Shown here: positions 49,571 to 59,973 of the stretch, piece after piece | Position numbering within the stretch: the stretch's first letter is position 1 | Layout: each line of letters begins with the position of its first letter | From: Candidatus Bathyarchaeia archaeon | Lineage (GTDB): Archaea; Thermoproteota; Bathyarchaeia; Bathyarchaeales; Bathycorpusculaceae | Reading direction: 5' to 3' | Assembly: GCA_050010755.1 (NCBI GenBank) | Contig: JBEKKK010000001.1 | Location: 1,344,001 to 1,408,000 of the forward strand | DNA length: 64,000 nucleotides | The notes under the pieces: model-generated | Told to the model about the DNA's origin: nothing | The model's database searches: none | The model's input: only the letters and a program-made list of their open reading frames with translations | Position numbers and translations under genes: made by a program

Positions 49571-51163
49571 CTATCTGGCAACGGTCTCACAGGTGCACTT
49601 TACCTTGGAAACATCGAGTTTCTTCGCGAAGGCCGCGTGAAAAGCCTGTGCGTTCTGGGCCACGCTCCACTCTTCTAGGCTGCAGTCTTCATCTCCAAAG
49701 AGTGAAAGAAGAATTCTGTCTTTTTCAGCTTCTTTAAACTCCACTTTCTTCACTAGGCCACGATGGCTTCTGTCAAGTTTCTCTGCAAGCCTGAGGAAAA
49801 CTGAGAGAATGATGATGATCTCCTTTGTGCGGTCGTCCAACCCGGTGCCTTTAAGAGCTTTCATTGTGGGAAATTTTTTCCTGTGAAACCGTGCTAGATT
49901 TGCCATTATCGCTATCTCTCTTTGGTCGAAGCCAAGAAGCTCGGCGTTGCCAATAATATAATGGGCGTGAAGGTGATGGTCGTTGAAAGAAAGAAAGTCG
50001 CCTATGTCGTGCAACATCGCACCGTATTTCAGAAGTTCTCTCTCTTCATCTCCAAGATCGTGTAATCCTGCTTTTCTGCCACTGTCAAAGAGTTGTAACG
50101 CTAGGGACGCGACAACTTCCGAGTGCCTTTCATCGAAATCGAAAGACCTCCCGAGTTGTAACACGGTTCTGTTCCGCATTGGAGTTTTCTGAAAGTCCTG
50201 AAAACCTTCAAATCTGGATAGGTAATCGACAAGTAGTCCGTCTCGCAGACCTTTGTAGCTCACAGTGATTTCGTCGAGGTCGAATTCTTCCATGATAGTT
50301 TCGATAATGGCGGCTCCAGCTATTATAATGTCAGCTCTTTCTGGGTTGATACCATGAATCTTTCTTCTCTCTTTGAGCGGTGAGGAGCAAAGAATCGGAA
50401 CCAGCTTTTTCAAATTCTTTTTTGACAACACTAGATTGCGGCCGTTTTCAGCATTCCTGAACATTCTGTTTGTGATTTCAGCTAGGTTGATGATTGTACC
50501 CGAGCTTCCGAACGCAAGCTTGGCTTGGACTTGCTTGACTCGAGATGCGGTTCTCAACATGTTGCCCCTCACGTACCGTTTAATGTGTTCGTAGACATGC
50601 CTAGGTACGGATTCAGTCCATCCTTCGCCAATAAAATTCGCGGTAAGTCTTACGGATCCAAATTTAAGGCTATCCAGATAACACCATTTATATTGATTTC
50701 CTATGGCAATCTCCGTGCTGCCGCCGCCTAGGTCAATGAAAATCGCTTTTTCCTCCCCAATGTCCACTCCATTTGACACACCTAGATATATCAAGCGGGC
50801 TTCTTCTCTGCCTGAAATAACATGAACGTTGAGTCCTGCTTCAGTCAGTAGTTGCTGAAGAAATCCTCTCTGATTTCGCGCTTCGCGAATCGCAGATGTT
50901 CCGACAGCAATAATCTCAGTAGCACCGTAGGTCTTTGCAAGTTCAGCGAACTTCCTGCATACGAGGATTGTGCGTCTCATGGCTTCCGGTTTTAGAATGT
51001 CGTCCTTAAACTCTTGTTCGCCCAGTCTGACAACTTCTTTCTCTTGGCTGATCACCGTTGAGGAAAGATTCGGGTTAATCCTCACAACTAGAAGGCGAAC
51101 CGAGTTGGTTCCTATATCGACAAACCCAACAACTTGACCCGTCGTATTCAAGGCTTTTCCCAT
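49571..51163 (-). CDS. ppx: Exopolyphosphatase Ppx/GppA with HD domain
   Basis: DIGTNS.R, EEARL, DLGGGSTE, GLRDG, LHDIG. Confidence 0.95.
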   Translation of the reverse strand: MGKALNTTGQVVGFVDIGTNSVRLLVVRINPNLSSTVISQEKEVVRLGEQEFKDDILKPEAMRRTILVCRKFAELAKTYGATEIIAVGTSAIREARNQRGFLQQLLTEAGLNVHVISGREEARLIYLGVSNGVDIGEEKAIFIDLGGGSTEIAIGNQYKWCYLDSLKFGSVRLTANFIGEGWTESVPRHVYEHIKRYVRGNMLRTASRVKQVQAKLAFGSSGTIINLAEITNRMFRNAENGRNLVLSKKNLKKLVPILCSSPLKERRKIHGINPERADIIIAGAAIIETIMEEFDLDEITVSYKGLRDGLLVDYLSRFEGFQDFQKTPMRNRTVLQLGRSFDFDERHSEVVASLALQLFDSGRKAGLHDLGDEERELLKYGAMLHDIGDFLSFNDHHLHAHYIIGNAELLGFDQREIAIMANLARFHRKKFPTMKALKGTGLDDRTKEIIIILSVFLRLAEKLDRSHRGLVKKVEFKEAEKDRILLSLFGDEDCSLEEWSVAQNAQAFHAAFAKKLDVSKVKCTCETVAR

Positions 51164-53541
51164 TCCACAATCAGATTTCTTTTGAAGACCGCTTCAAACA
51201 AATCCTTCTTCTTATTAAGTGCCTGCTCTTCCAGGGCTGGGTCCAACCGCACTAGGCATGATAATTTGACTCTCTTTGGGCCTACGCTGGCTTTCATTCT
51301 CTCGACGACAGACTGATGCGTGAAGTCTAGAGCATCAGCTACTCGCAGAATGGAAGAAAGCAAAGTAATTCTTCGCTTTGTGGCTGCGGTTAACGAGGCA
51401 AGGTTATACTGGTTTTCCTTGGGCTGGCCCTTCCGGTGATACCTTGCGATGCTTCCAACTACGCGTCTTTCCAAAGACGTAAACGACAACTTAGCGTCAT
51501 TCAATATCAGTCTGAGCGAGGCCTTATGGTGCCCTCGCGTGCCTTGGGACAGACCGACATCGTGAAGGATTGCGGCGCATTCGAGCCACCACTGCTCTTG
51601 TGCTTTCATCTTGTGCAATTGACCTAGACTACCAAATAGTGTCAAAGCCAATTTTCTGACCTGCTCCGGATGATCAGTGTCCCGCCAGTACTTCTTGGCG
51701 ATCTCTCTGGTGATTTTCACGATTTCCCCGCATTGGAGTTCACTGCGATGGCTTTTCGCCCGGTCTTCCCGCACAACGGCATCAATCGATACCCCGCGAA
51801 GCAACATTTGTGCAAAGCTTTCGGGCAGTCTTTTTTTCCTGAGAGTCTCTGCTGCGGACTCTACGTCATAGTTTAGTCTGACAAGCTGCACAGAAAAAGG
51901 GTTAGAGTTGACCACTGCATACGCCGTCTGGGGGTTCCCATCGTCTGGTCTTCCAACGCTTCCAGGATTGATGAATGAGACGCAGTCGACTTCCCTTGCA
52001 AACTGCAGGTGCGAATGACCCATGATGACCACATCGGCGTTCACGGTTCTGGCGAGCTCTTTCAGTCGCTTTTCAGGGGTATCGGGGTAGATGTGCTCGT
52101 CGATAGAATCAGGGCTTCCATGGACCATAAGCAGCCTTTTACCGGCCATTTCAAACGTGATGCTGCGGGGCAGGGAGCGAAGGTAGGTTTCGCATGATTT
52201 CGCGAGCTCTTTTTTGGCAACCCGCAAAGCAAGCTTCTTTTCGCCTTTCTTCTTGTCGTCCTTCTTCATCACCTCAGAGTCGAAATTGCCAAGAACGCTG
52301 ACAGCATTCTTGGCACGAAGGAGCTCAACGACTTCGTTGGGGAACGCACCGTAACCGAGGACATCGCCAGCGTTCAGGAATGCGTCTACACCTCTTCTTT
52401 CGGCATCTTGAATGACCGCTTCCAGCGCGTGAAGGTTGCCGTGAACGTCGGCTAAAACTGCAATCTTCGCACTAGGGCTTGCCAGAGTCTCCCTAATCTT
52501 TTTTGCAGCAGTCACGAATCCAGGGTTCATTTCTTGCATCAGTTTTTCAAAGAAATTCTTTTCTTTCGTCGCTTCCCAAAGCCGAACAAAACTTCTATAG
52601 TGGGTTTTTCTTCTGTCTCTTATGTGTTCCACAAACTTCGAGAGCGCTTGCTCTGCCTTGTTGATGTCCTCTCTGTCTTCGCCTTTTGACAGGAGTTCGT
52701 TCTTCACTTCGGCAATAAATCTTGGAATGTACTCAATCCAGACGTCGCAGTCGTGCATTTCGCCTAGCGTGTCTTGGAATTTCTTGATGATGCCTATCTG
52801 TTCTGAAAGCTCATCCTTATACAAGGGAGAGAAGACTTCCATAGTGTAACGTAGCCACTTCGCGCAAATCCTCATCTCATGATGCCTGAGGATGTCGTTT
52901 TCTCGATAAACGCAGTCTTCCATTGCTAGGAAGTCGTCTACTTTTGCCGAAACGTGCAAGTATGCTTTTTCCTGTACAGAAGACGAATCCAAATGTGCGG
53001 TCGAAGTTTCTTTGAGTACCTGATCGCAGAGTTCTGTGATGCTCTGTAGAACGCCTGAATCCTTTAGCTTTTGAAGTCCACTGATGACTTTCGCTTGCGC
53101 GTCGAGTCTGCGGTCTCTTTGGCGAGTGAGCAAGAGATCTAGCCCTTTGCTTGCGTTGCCGACTCCGATTTTCTTTGAATAATTCTCGATGAAGATAATC
53201 TGCACGTCGAGATCCCGTGCTGCTCCCAAGAACCTCGTCACTTTCTTTATTTCTTTAATCCATTCTCTGTAACGTTTCTTTCGAAAGCATTTTCGGAAAA
53301 GAGGGAGCGCAGCTCTTATTCTGCGTGACGTGACTCGCATCTTATGTACGTACTCTTTGTCCTCACTGTTTTGTACTCCGTCAATCTGACTTTGGAAAGT
53401 CCCAATGAGTTTGAGGAGGGTCTCTGCTCCAAATCGGCAATAGCCGGAGCCTTTCTCACAATCGTATGGCTCAACGCGCGTATCCATGCCATATGCCTCT
53501 GTTCTCGATAAGCCAAGATTGAGAGTTGATTCTTCTCTCAC
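51148..53541 (-). CDS. CHAD + metallophosphoesterase + Ppx-type HD fusion protein
   Basis: VHKMRV.SRR.R and QD.LG.MHD (CHAD); DVHGN, GD, GNFD, HGSP, GHSH, NPGSVG (MPP); LHDVG, RYHRK, LRVADALD (HD). Confidence 0.9.
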   Translation of the reverse strand: MREESTLNLGLSRTEAYGMDTRVEPYDCEKGSGYCRFGAETLLKLIGTFQSQIDGVQNSEDKEYVHKMRVTSRRIRAALPLFRKCFRKKRYREWIKEIKKVTRFLGAARDLDVQIIFIENYSKKIGVGNASKGLDLLLTRQRDRRLDAQAKVISGLQKLKDSGVLQSITELCDQVLKETSTAHLDSSSVQEKAYLHVSAKVDDFLAMEDCVYRENDILRHHEMRICAKWLRYTMEVFSPLYKDELSEQIGIIKKFQDTLGEMHDCDVWIEYIPRFIAEVKNELLSKGEDREDINKAEQALSKFVEHIRDRRKTHYRSFVRLWEATKEKNFFEKLMQEMNPGFVTAAKKIRETLASPSAKIAVLADVHGNLHALEAVIQDAERRGVDAFLNAGDVLGYGAFPNEVVELLRAKNAVSVLGNFDSEVMKKDDKKKGEKKLALRVAKKELAKSCETYLRSLPRSITFEMAGKRLLMVHGSPDSIDEHIYPDTPEKRLKELARTVNADVVIMGHSHLQFAREVDCVSFINPGSVGRPDDGNPQTAYAVVNSNPFSVQLVRLNYDVESAAETLRKKRLPESFAQMLLRGVSIDAVVREDRAKSHRSELQCGEIVKITREIAKKYWRDTDHPEQVRKLALTLFGSLGQLHKMKAQEQWWLECAAILHDVGLSQGTRGHHKASLRLILNDAKLSFTSLERRVVGSIARYHRKGQPKENQYNLASLTAATKRRITLLSSILRVADALDFTHQSVVERMKASVGPKRVKLSCLVRLDPALEEQALNKKKDLFEAVFKRNLIVEWEKP

Positions 53542-55615
53542 CTTCCTCAGGTTTTACTCTAACGTATGTTCCGTCAGACAGGAGTTTTCTGGCTTTCACG
53601 TTGTCGCTGAGGTGAATTTTCAGGATGTTTTCCAGAATTGCATGCTTTATCAGCGGATCAGGAACTGAGAAGAGCACCTCCACTCTTTCGTTAAGGTTTC
53701 TGAACATCATGTCCGAACTTCCGATTAGAACCTCATCTGCTCCTCCGTTTTTGAAATAGTAGATCCGGGCATGCTCTAGAAAACGTCCGACTATGGATAT
53801 TACGGAAATATTATCGCTTATTCCTTCCACACCCGGCCTCAGACAGCATAGGGCTCTAACGTTGAGGTCAATCTTCACACCTGCCATCGATGCTTTGTAC
53901 AAGGCTTTGATTACGTCAGTTTCTTCTAGGTTGTTGAGTTTGAATGCCAAGTAGCCGCCCCCTGATTTCCGCTGAGAGGCTATTTCTCGGTCGATGCGTC
54001 TTAGGATCTCAGTTTTCAAAGTCCTCGGCGCCACGAGCAAGTACTTGAAGTCTTCTTTCTGGAATCCACGCATCAAGACACCGAAAAGGTCCGAAAGCTC
54101 CGCGCCTATCTCGGGTCTGGCCGTCAAATAACCAATGTCGCCGTATATCTTGGTTGTTACCGCGTTGTAGTTTCCTGAACCGATGTGCGAGTATCTTTTG
54201 ATGCCTGTTTTTTCTCGTCTCACGATGAGACAAAGTTTCGCGTGAACCTTGAAGTTCGGGAAGTTGTAAACTGTGTGCACGCCAGCAGCTGCCAGTCTCC
54301 AAGTAAGCCCTATGTTGTTCTCCTCATCGAACTTGGCCTTAAGCTCGATGATGGCTGTCACTATTTTTCCTTTTTTTGCCGCCTCTATCAGAGCATCAAC
54401 AATCGGCGATTTTGAATCCATTCTGTAGAGTGTGATGTATATTTCCAAAACGTTTTGGTCTTTGGCGGCTTCCCTCAGCAGGTTGATTATGACTTCAAAA
54501 CTGTCATAGGGGTGATAGAGAATGATGTCTCTCTTCGCGATGGTTTCAAAGAGGCTTGTGCCATGCGTCAGCAAGGGTGAAATGCTGGGGAGGAATGTTT
54601 TGTCTTTTAGGTCGGGTCTTTTTGTTTCTAACAGTTGCCAAAGGTCCACAAGTCCGAGCGGGCCGTCAGACTCATAAAGCAGATAGCTTGGTAACGCGGC
54701 AATGTTGGCCAAGGTTTCACTCAGCTCCTCGGGCAAACTCTTATCGAATTCAAGCCTGCTGGCGAATCCTGTTTTCCTGTTTTGCAGACTATTCTTCACT
54801 GAAACTAGGAAATCTGAAGATTCATCCATGACGATGTCTATTTCGGCGTTGCGCGTTATCCTGAATGGGTACGACACGATTTCTAGGTTCGAAAACATCA
54901 GGTCAATGTTGTTTTCTATCAAGTCTTCTAAGAAAACAAGCTCGACCTCGTGTGATTCAGTTTCGTTGAAAGATGTAGCCTTGTACCCATGTTTTGGGAT
55001 TTTTATCAGTCTTCTAAATTGTTCCGTCGGGATTTCCAGTACGTGATAAGAGCGATGAGCGGTCGCGTCTTTTGCAACAACGAGGAGGTTGATGCGGAGA
55101 TTTTCAATAAAAGTTTGAGCTATGTCGGGGACGAGCGTTTTCAAGGTTGGAAGAACCCTGTCTTTGAAGAACTCCCGCAGCGTGTGCTTCTGTTCATTCG
55201 TTAACTCCTCAACTTTTCGAATGTGAATATCCTCTTTAGATAGGGCAGGAACCAATTCCTGCTTCCAACAATCAGCATGTTTTTTGATTAGTGGAATTAT
55301 CTCTCTTCTGGTGACTTCAATTTGATCGTACGGTGTCATCCCGTCTGTGGATTTTTCAACCGAGCCTTTGTTGACCTTTTTGAGGAGCCTAGGAACCCTT
55401 GTCATAAAGAATTCGTCAAGGTTGCTTCCGCATATGGCGAGAAACTTGACCCTTTCAAGTAGAGGGTGCCAGGGGTCCTGTGCTTCCTCCAGTATGCGCG
55501 CGTTGAATCTTATCCAACTGAGTTCTCTATTCAAGAACATAGTTGGGCTATCAAATGATGTTTTCTGAGTTGAGTCTTTTGTTGTATTTCCGCCCTTGCC
55601 TGAAGCTGTCAACAA
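53471..55615 (-). CDS. ppk1: Polyphosphate kinase 1
   Basis: NRELSW..FN.R.L, SNLDEFF, HPYDSF, KVHAK, GRFLEH.RIY. Confidence 0.97.
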   Translation of the reverse strand: MLTASGKGGNTTKDSTQKTSFDSPTMFLNRELSWIRFNARILEEAQDPWHPLLERVKFLAICGSNLDEFFMTRVPRLLKKVNKGSVEKSTDGMTPYDQIEVTRREIIPLIKKHADCWKQELVPALSKEDIHIRKVEELTNEQKHTLREFFKDRVLPTLKTLVPDIAQTFIENLRINLLVVAKDATAHRSYHVLEIPTEQFRRLIKIPKHGYKATSFNETESHEVELVFLEDLIENNIDLMFSNLEIVSYPFRITRNAEIDIVMDESSDFLVSVKNSLQNRKTGFASRLEFDKSLPEELSETLANIAALPSYLLYESDGPLGLVDLWQLLETKRPDLKDKTFLPSISPLLTHGTSLFETIAKRDIILYHPYDSFEVIINLLREAAKDQNVLEIYITLYRMDSKSPIVDALIEAAKKGKIVTAIIELKAKFDEENNIGLTWRLAAAGVHTVYNFPNFKVHAKLCLIVRREKTGIKRYSHIGSGNYNAVTTKIYGDIGYLTARPEIGAELSDLFGVLMRGFQKEDFKYLLVAPRTLKTEILRRIDREIASQRKSGGGYLAFKLNNLEETDVIKALYKASMAGVKIDLNVRALCCLRPGVEGISDNISVISIVGRFLEHARIYYFKNGGADEVLIGSSDMMFRNLNERVEVLFSVPDPLIKHAILENILKIHLSDNVKARKLLSDGTYVRVKPEEGERRINSQSWLIENRGIWHGYAR

Positions 55616-55982
55616 TTGTTCTTCATCTTGATGGGATTTTCAGCCATTCGGCAGATAAACTGTTTGTCCTTTGGGAGTTCCATAACAAGCATTTATCGTT
55701 AATCCTATAGACTGAAAAGAACGTATAACCGTTATGAGGCTTTTTGTTCAGCGTTGTTGCTTCCTTTGGATATCTATCATTGGTTTTGTTACGTGAACAC
55801 GAAATACCTCGTATTCGAAGAGGGGTCGCTTCTTGTTCATCGCAGACTTCCATCTCACTATAGAGGACGAGAACATGCTTAAGGGCTCCCGAAGTAGAAG
55901 CTATAGTCGCACGTAAGCTATATAGATACAGCGTTGAGACAGCATAGCAAGGGTTTTATTTGACGGAAAGAATGAATTACCT

Positions 55983-56429
55983 ATGAATTCTACAACTATG
56001 AAGGAAATGGGCTTCACTGAGTGGTACCCGTTGAAGAGTCTCTCGTTCTCTAACCTACCGTACAACAAGGGCAGCGTTTTTGTGATAATAGACAAGACTC
56101 TGTCTGGAAAAACAGTCTCTGACGTAATGTACATCGGACGTTCGAAGAAACCGACAAGAAAAATCTTGGGTGGCTACTTTTCAGGCTATGGAGGAAAAAG
56201 CAGCAAAAAGATTAACAGCAAATTGTTCGATGAAGGATACATGGATAAAACCGCAATTAGCTGGGTCATAAGCGATAATCCCAAGACGATGCAGAAAGAA
56301 TTGTTGAGCAAATTCAGCGAAGAACATGGCGAATTTCCAAACTGGAATGTCAAGAACAAACCGCAAGAAAAAACCACACGCGTGCGCGCCAAACCAGCAG
56401 CTCGCCAACCTCACAAAACCCCCTCTTAA
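55983..56429 (+). CDS. Hypothetical protein with a GIY-YIG-like fold
   Basis: GSVFVII...MYIGRS...ELL..F..EHGEFP.WN. Confidence 0.55.
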   Translation: MNSTTMKEMGFTEWYPLKSLSFSNLPYNKGSVFVIIDKTLSGKTVSDVMYIGRSKKPTRKILGGYFSGYGGKSSKKINSKLFDEGYMDKTAISWVISDNPKTMQKELLSKFSEEHGEFPNWNVKNKPQEKTTRVRAKPAARQPHKTPS

Positions 56430-56457
56430 CAACAGACAAAAAACTCGGTTCGACTAC

Positions 56458-56991
56458 TCATTTCGACGTTTTTCTAGAATAATAGCTGACTAACTCTTCT
56501 GTGGACCAAGGCAAGCAATCCTTAATGCTGAAGCCTAACAGCTTGGCATACTTGTGAATAGTATCTGCGTCTTCAGCTTCTATTTCTAGGAACTCAGGAA
56601 TGTAAGCATGCTCCCCCTTGTACTTGTCTATGTCAAAGTGCACTTGGCCGAGACTATAACTCAATCTGTCCTTCTTCGTGCTTGAAGTCGTGGACAAGCC
56701 CAGAAACTCTAGAATCTTTTTCGCCTTTGCCATGTCCGAAACAACGACTCCGATCTCCTCAACGTCTTTGACAGCTTTATTGCTCAGGAATTTCTTGAAT
56801 GTTAGAATGGTCTTGTTATCCTCTCTTCTTAATCTAACAACGTTCTTCGCTTTTGACATCGCACTGTCCTCGAAGTCGAAAAACAACGATTCAATCTCAC
56901 CATCAAACACTTTCTTAGCGCCCAGACGAATCAGCTTTTCTTCGACCTGACGTCCATCAACGTTCAAAATTTTGACTTCTATCTCTTCCAT
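56458..56991 (-). CDS. CYTH family protein (class IV adenylyl cyclase / triphosphatase-like)
   Basis: EIEVK, RLR, LTFK, K.R, FLEIE. Confidence 0.9.
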   Translation of the reverse strand: MEEIEVKILNVDGRQVEEKLIRLGAKKVFDGEIESLFFDFEDSAMSKAKNVVRLRREDNKTILTFKKFLSNKAVKDVEEIGVVVSDMAKAKKILEFLGLSTTSSTKKDRLSYSLGQVHFDIDKYKGEHAYIPEFLEIEAEDADTIHKYAKLLGFSIKDCLPWSTEELVSYYSRKTSK

Positions 56992-57516
56992 AGACTCGAA
57001 AGAAAACAGTCTTTGACTTAAATGAATTATGTTGGAATTGGAAATAAATAGAGCTAAAAAGACTTTTTATCCATCGCTAACATCTGAGGTCCCGCAACGT
57101 CCTAATTTGGTCAAAAGGCATTTTCTCAAGCATCAGATTCCGACGGCCAGAAAATTTTCTCTATATAGATTAGATGCTTGTTCGTAAATTATTTGGAGAT
57201 CCTACATATGTTCGATTTCCATAGTTCTGTGTAGTGGTTTGAAAATGAAAAACAAATCCAAGAAGAAAAGGCAAGCAACGACACCTGAAGAGCCGTGGTA
57301 TATCATCCACATTTAACCGAGTTTCAACAGTCCTCAATGCTTGGAGAAATTTGCAATGGGAAAAACAAAAAGAAAAGACAAGCCACCGAATCGAAGTCTA
57401 GATCGTGGCCCCGATAATGAGACAATAGATTGGTTCTTGGCTATCGATGCAGCTTAGAACAACATTCTTCCGGCATTTTCTCGTTCTTCATTTTTCACCG
57501 ACTAAACTCTAGCCCG

Positions 57517-58218
57517 CTATATTATATTGGTTTTGCAGATTATTTCGATTATTTCTTGGAAATCTGTGATGATTCTGCAATGTATGCCTTGTTTTGCACA
57601 CAACTTTGCTAGCTTAGATCCTTCGATTGCGAACGAGTAGTCGGCAACCTTGGCCGCAGTGCAGTCTGCTAACCCATCCCCAATGTAGATGACGGTCTTG
57701 TTGCGGCTCTTGTAGCGTCTGACTGCGTCGTCTTTGATGTTTTCCGATGCCGTGTCTAGGAGCGTTGGAAAAACGAGTTTAATCCCGTTGTCTGTGAACG
57801 TAGTCTTCGCAGCGCAGACTTCGACCAGGTCTAGGCAATCGTTGAGTTCGAGGAAGTGTTCAATGACGAAATCGAGTCCTGCGCTCACCACGATTAGAGG
57901 AACATGGTTTTTCTTGCAATACTCGGCTAACTCTTTGAAGTTCGAACGAAACACGACGAGGTCATTCAGCTCTTGAAGAATCTGTTTCTTCGATGCGCTC
58001 ACGAGGGAAAACTGTCTGTTCAAGCATTCTTCAAGCGTTATTTCGTTCTTCTTGAACTTTTTGTCGAACTGTCGCCAGTTTCCTTGAGCAAACTTGGACA
58101 GAACCCATTCTGCCGTATCGATTGTAGTGATTGTTCCATCGAAGTCGCAGAGTACGACAAGGTTTTTGGGTTTGGCCAAATTCTTTTGCCTGAGCAGAGG
58201 ATGGTTCGAGTCAAGCAT
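57517..58218 (-). CDS. HAD-IB phosphatase (MtnX-like)
   Basis: CDFDGTIT..D, VSAG, K, YIGDG.AD. Confidence 0.9.
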   Translation of the reverse strand: MLDSNHPLLRQKNLAKPKNLVVLCDFDGTITTIDTAEWVLSKFAQGNWRQFDKKFKKNEITLEECLNRQFSLVSASKKQILQELNDLVVFRSNFKELAEYCKKNHVPLIVVSAGLDFVIEHFLELNDCLDLVEVCAAKTTFTDNGIKLVFPTLLDTASENIKDDAVRRYKSRNKTVIYIGDGLADCTAAKVADYSFAIEGSKLAKLCAKQGIHCRIITDFQEIIEIICKTNII

Positions 58219-58381
58219 ACTTTTTCGTTTCGGGTTATGAGCTTTGCGCCTAAGATAATCCGATTCTGGGAACCATTCAAGAGACCGCTTCTGCCGACCA
58301 GTTCACGTTTTGCCCGAATCTGCAAACAGGATTGTTTTTATGCTGGGTTTCAGAGTCACAGAAAGTGTGTGCTGATTTGAA

Positions 58382-58906
58382 TTGGTTCTTTCAATTGAAG
58401 AGCTCTCCACCAACCTAAAATCGGTGTCCGACGAACAAGACGCGAATGCGGCGGTGGCGTTGCTTCTGAAGCTTGAAGATAGAAGACCATACGTTCTGTT
58501 CGTGAGACGCATCCAAGATTCCAGCGATCCATGGTCTGGGCAGATAGCGTTGCCTGGAGGAAAACGAGAGCTAGAAGATAAAGACCTGAAAGAAACGGTG
58601 ATCAGAGAAACAATGGAAGAGACGAAGATAGACCTTCTTGACAATTGCCGGTTCCTAAGAGTGATGTCAACATTTCAAACGAAACCGCGACCTGAAATCA
58701 AGGTTCTCCCTTTCGTCATTCTCGTCAGAGGCAAACCATCGATAAGATTGAACGAAAAAGAACTTAAAGAGTATTTTTGGGTTCCTCTTGACGAGCTTAT
58801 CAAAAACAGGATAGTGGCAAAATTCAGTTTCGGAAAAGTTCCTGCCTTCGTCGTGGGAAACAGGATAATTTGGGACTCACATACAGAATCATTGAATGTT
58901 TCGTAA
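58382..58906 (+). CDS. Nudix hydrolase (CoA pyrophosphatase type), apparent frameshift near the C-terminus
   Basis: AAVA, WSGQIALPGGK.E..D..L.ET..RET.EE. Confidence 0.88.
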   Translation: MVLSIEELSTNLKSVSDEQDANAAVALLLKLEDRRPYVLFVRRIQDSSDPWSGQIALPGGKRELEDKDLKETVIRETMEETKIDLLDNCRFLRVMSTFQTKPRPEIKVLPFVILVRGKPSIRLNEKELKEYFWVPLDELIKNRIVAKFSFGKVPAFVVGNRIIWDSHTESLNVS

Positions 58907-59238
58907 TTTATCGGAACGGAAAGTAACTCTGCAACGACAATTAATGCGGAATGTGCACTTGCAACATTTGGGCCTTAATATGCTGCTCCAAGAGGGAATT
59001 CCTCCCGATTCCTTGCGAATATCTTTTCCTCAGTTGCTCTGAAGTCAGCCGATTTTCAGGCGTCTTTAATATCGACGAGCCCGCGCAGGACGTTTTGGAA
59101 CGAAGGTGAACTATCATCTTCGTCTCTCTGTTGCACTATGGAAGCTTAGTATCCAATTTTGAACAAGATCGGGTTCAATTTTGGAAAACAGTTAATAATC
59201 CAGAGGTTCTCTCACTTGAGGCTATAGACATTAGAGGA

Positions 59239-59973
59239 ATGGCATTGCAGTTCCAGGGCATTTTCACTTGGATGTATAATCTCTGCGTGCAGTACGGCTA
59301 TTTGGGAATATTCGCCATCAGCTTAGCCGGTGCCATGTCCATCATTGTCCCAGTTCCAGATACGATTATGATTTTCACTCTTGCCGGGCTTCAGACGGGA
59401 GGCAACTGGGTTTTCGCGCCTCTATTTATCGCATTAGCCGCTACACTCGGCGGAGCGATAGGAGAAGTTTCCGGATATTTGCTTGGTCTTAGCAGCAAGA
59501 AAGTCATAAGCGGAAAGTACAAGAAGAACGTAGATTTCCTCTCCAAGGTTTTCAACAAGTTTGGTGCAATTGCAATATTTGCCTTTGCCCTGACACCATT
59601 GCCCGATGACATGGTTTTCATCCCCCTCGGCTCCTCTCGATACAATCCAGTCAAAGCCTTCGCACCAGCCCTAACTGGGAAATTACTCTTGAGCCTAGCA
59701 GTAGCTTACGGGGGTAGATTTTCAATAGGCATTATCAGGAACTTATTTGGAGTGGGAGGCGACCTGACATCGATGGCAATAAGCACAAGTATAGGGATAG
59801 CCTTTGCAATTGCATTGTTTAAAGTGGATTGGGCAAAACGCTTCGATAAGTACCTGTTTAACGAAAGTTCTGACAGATGTTCGCAAACGGGAGCGACTTT
59901 GGGCGGTGAAAACGCGAAGACCTTTCCATTCTCCAGTTGGATCAACTTTCCAAACCCCAACAATCTGGTCTAG
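59239..59973 (+). CDS. DedA/VTT (SNARE-associated) membrane protein
   Basis: YGYLGIF, PVP, GE..GY..G, TPLPDD...G. Confidence 0.85.
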   Translation: MALQFQGIFTWMYNLCVQYGYLGIFAISLAGAMSIIVPVPDTIMIFTLAGLQTGGNWVFAPLFIALAATLGGAIGEVSGYLLGLSSKKVISGKYKKNVDFLSKVFNKFGAIAIFAFALTPLPDDMVFIPLGSSRYNPVKAFAPALTGKLLLSLAVAYGGRFSIGIIRNLFGVGGDLTSMAISTSIGIAFAIALFKVDWAKRFDKYLFNESSDRCSQTGATLGGENAKTFPFSSWINFPNPNNLV

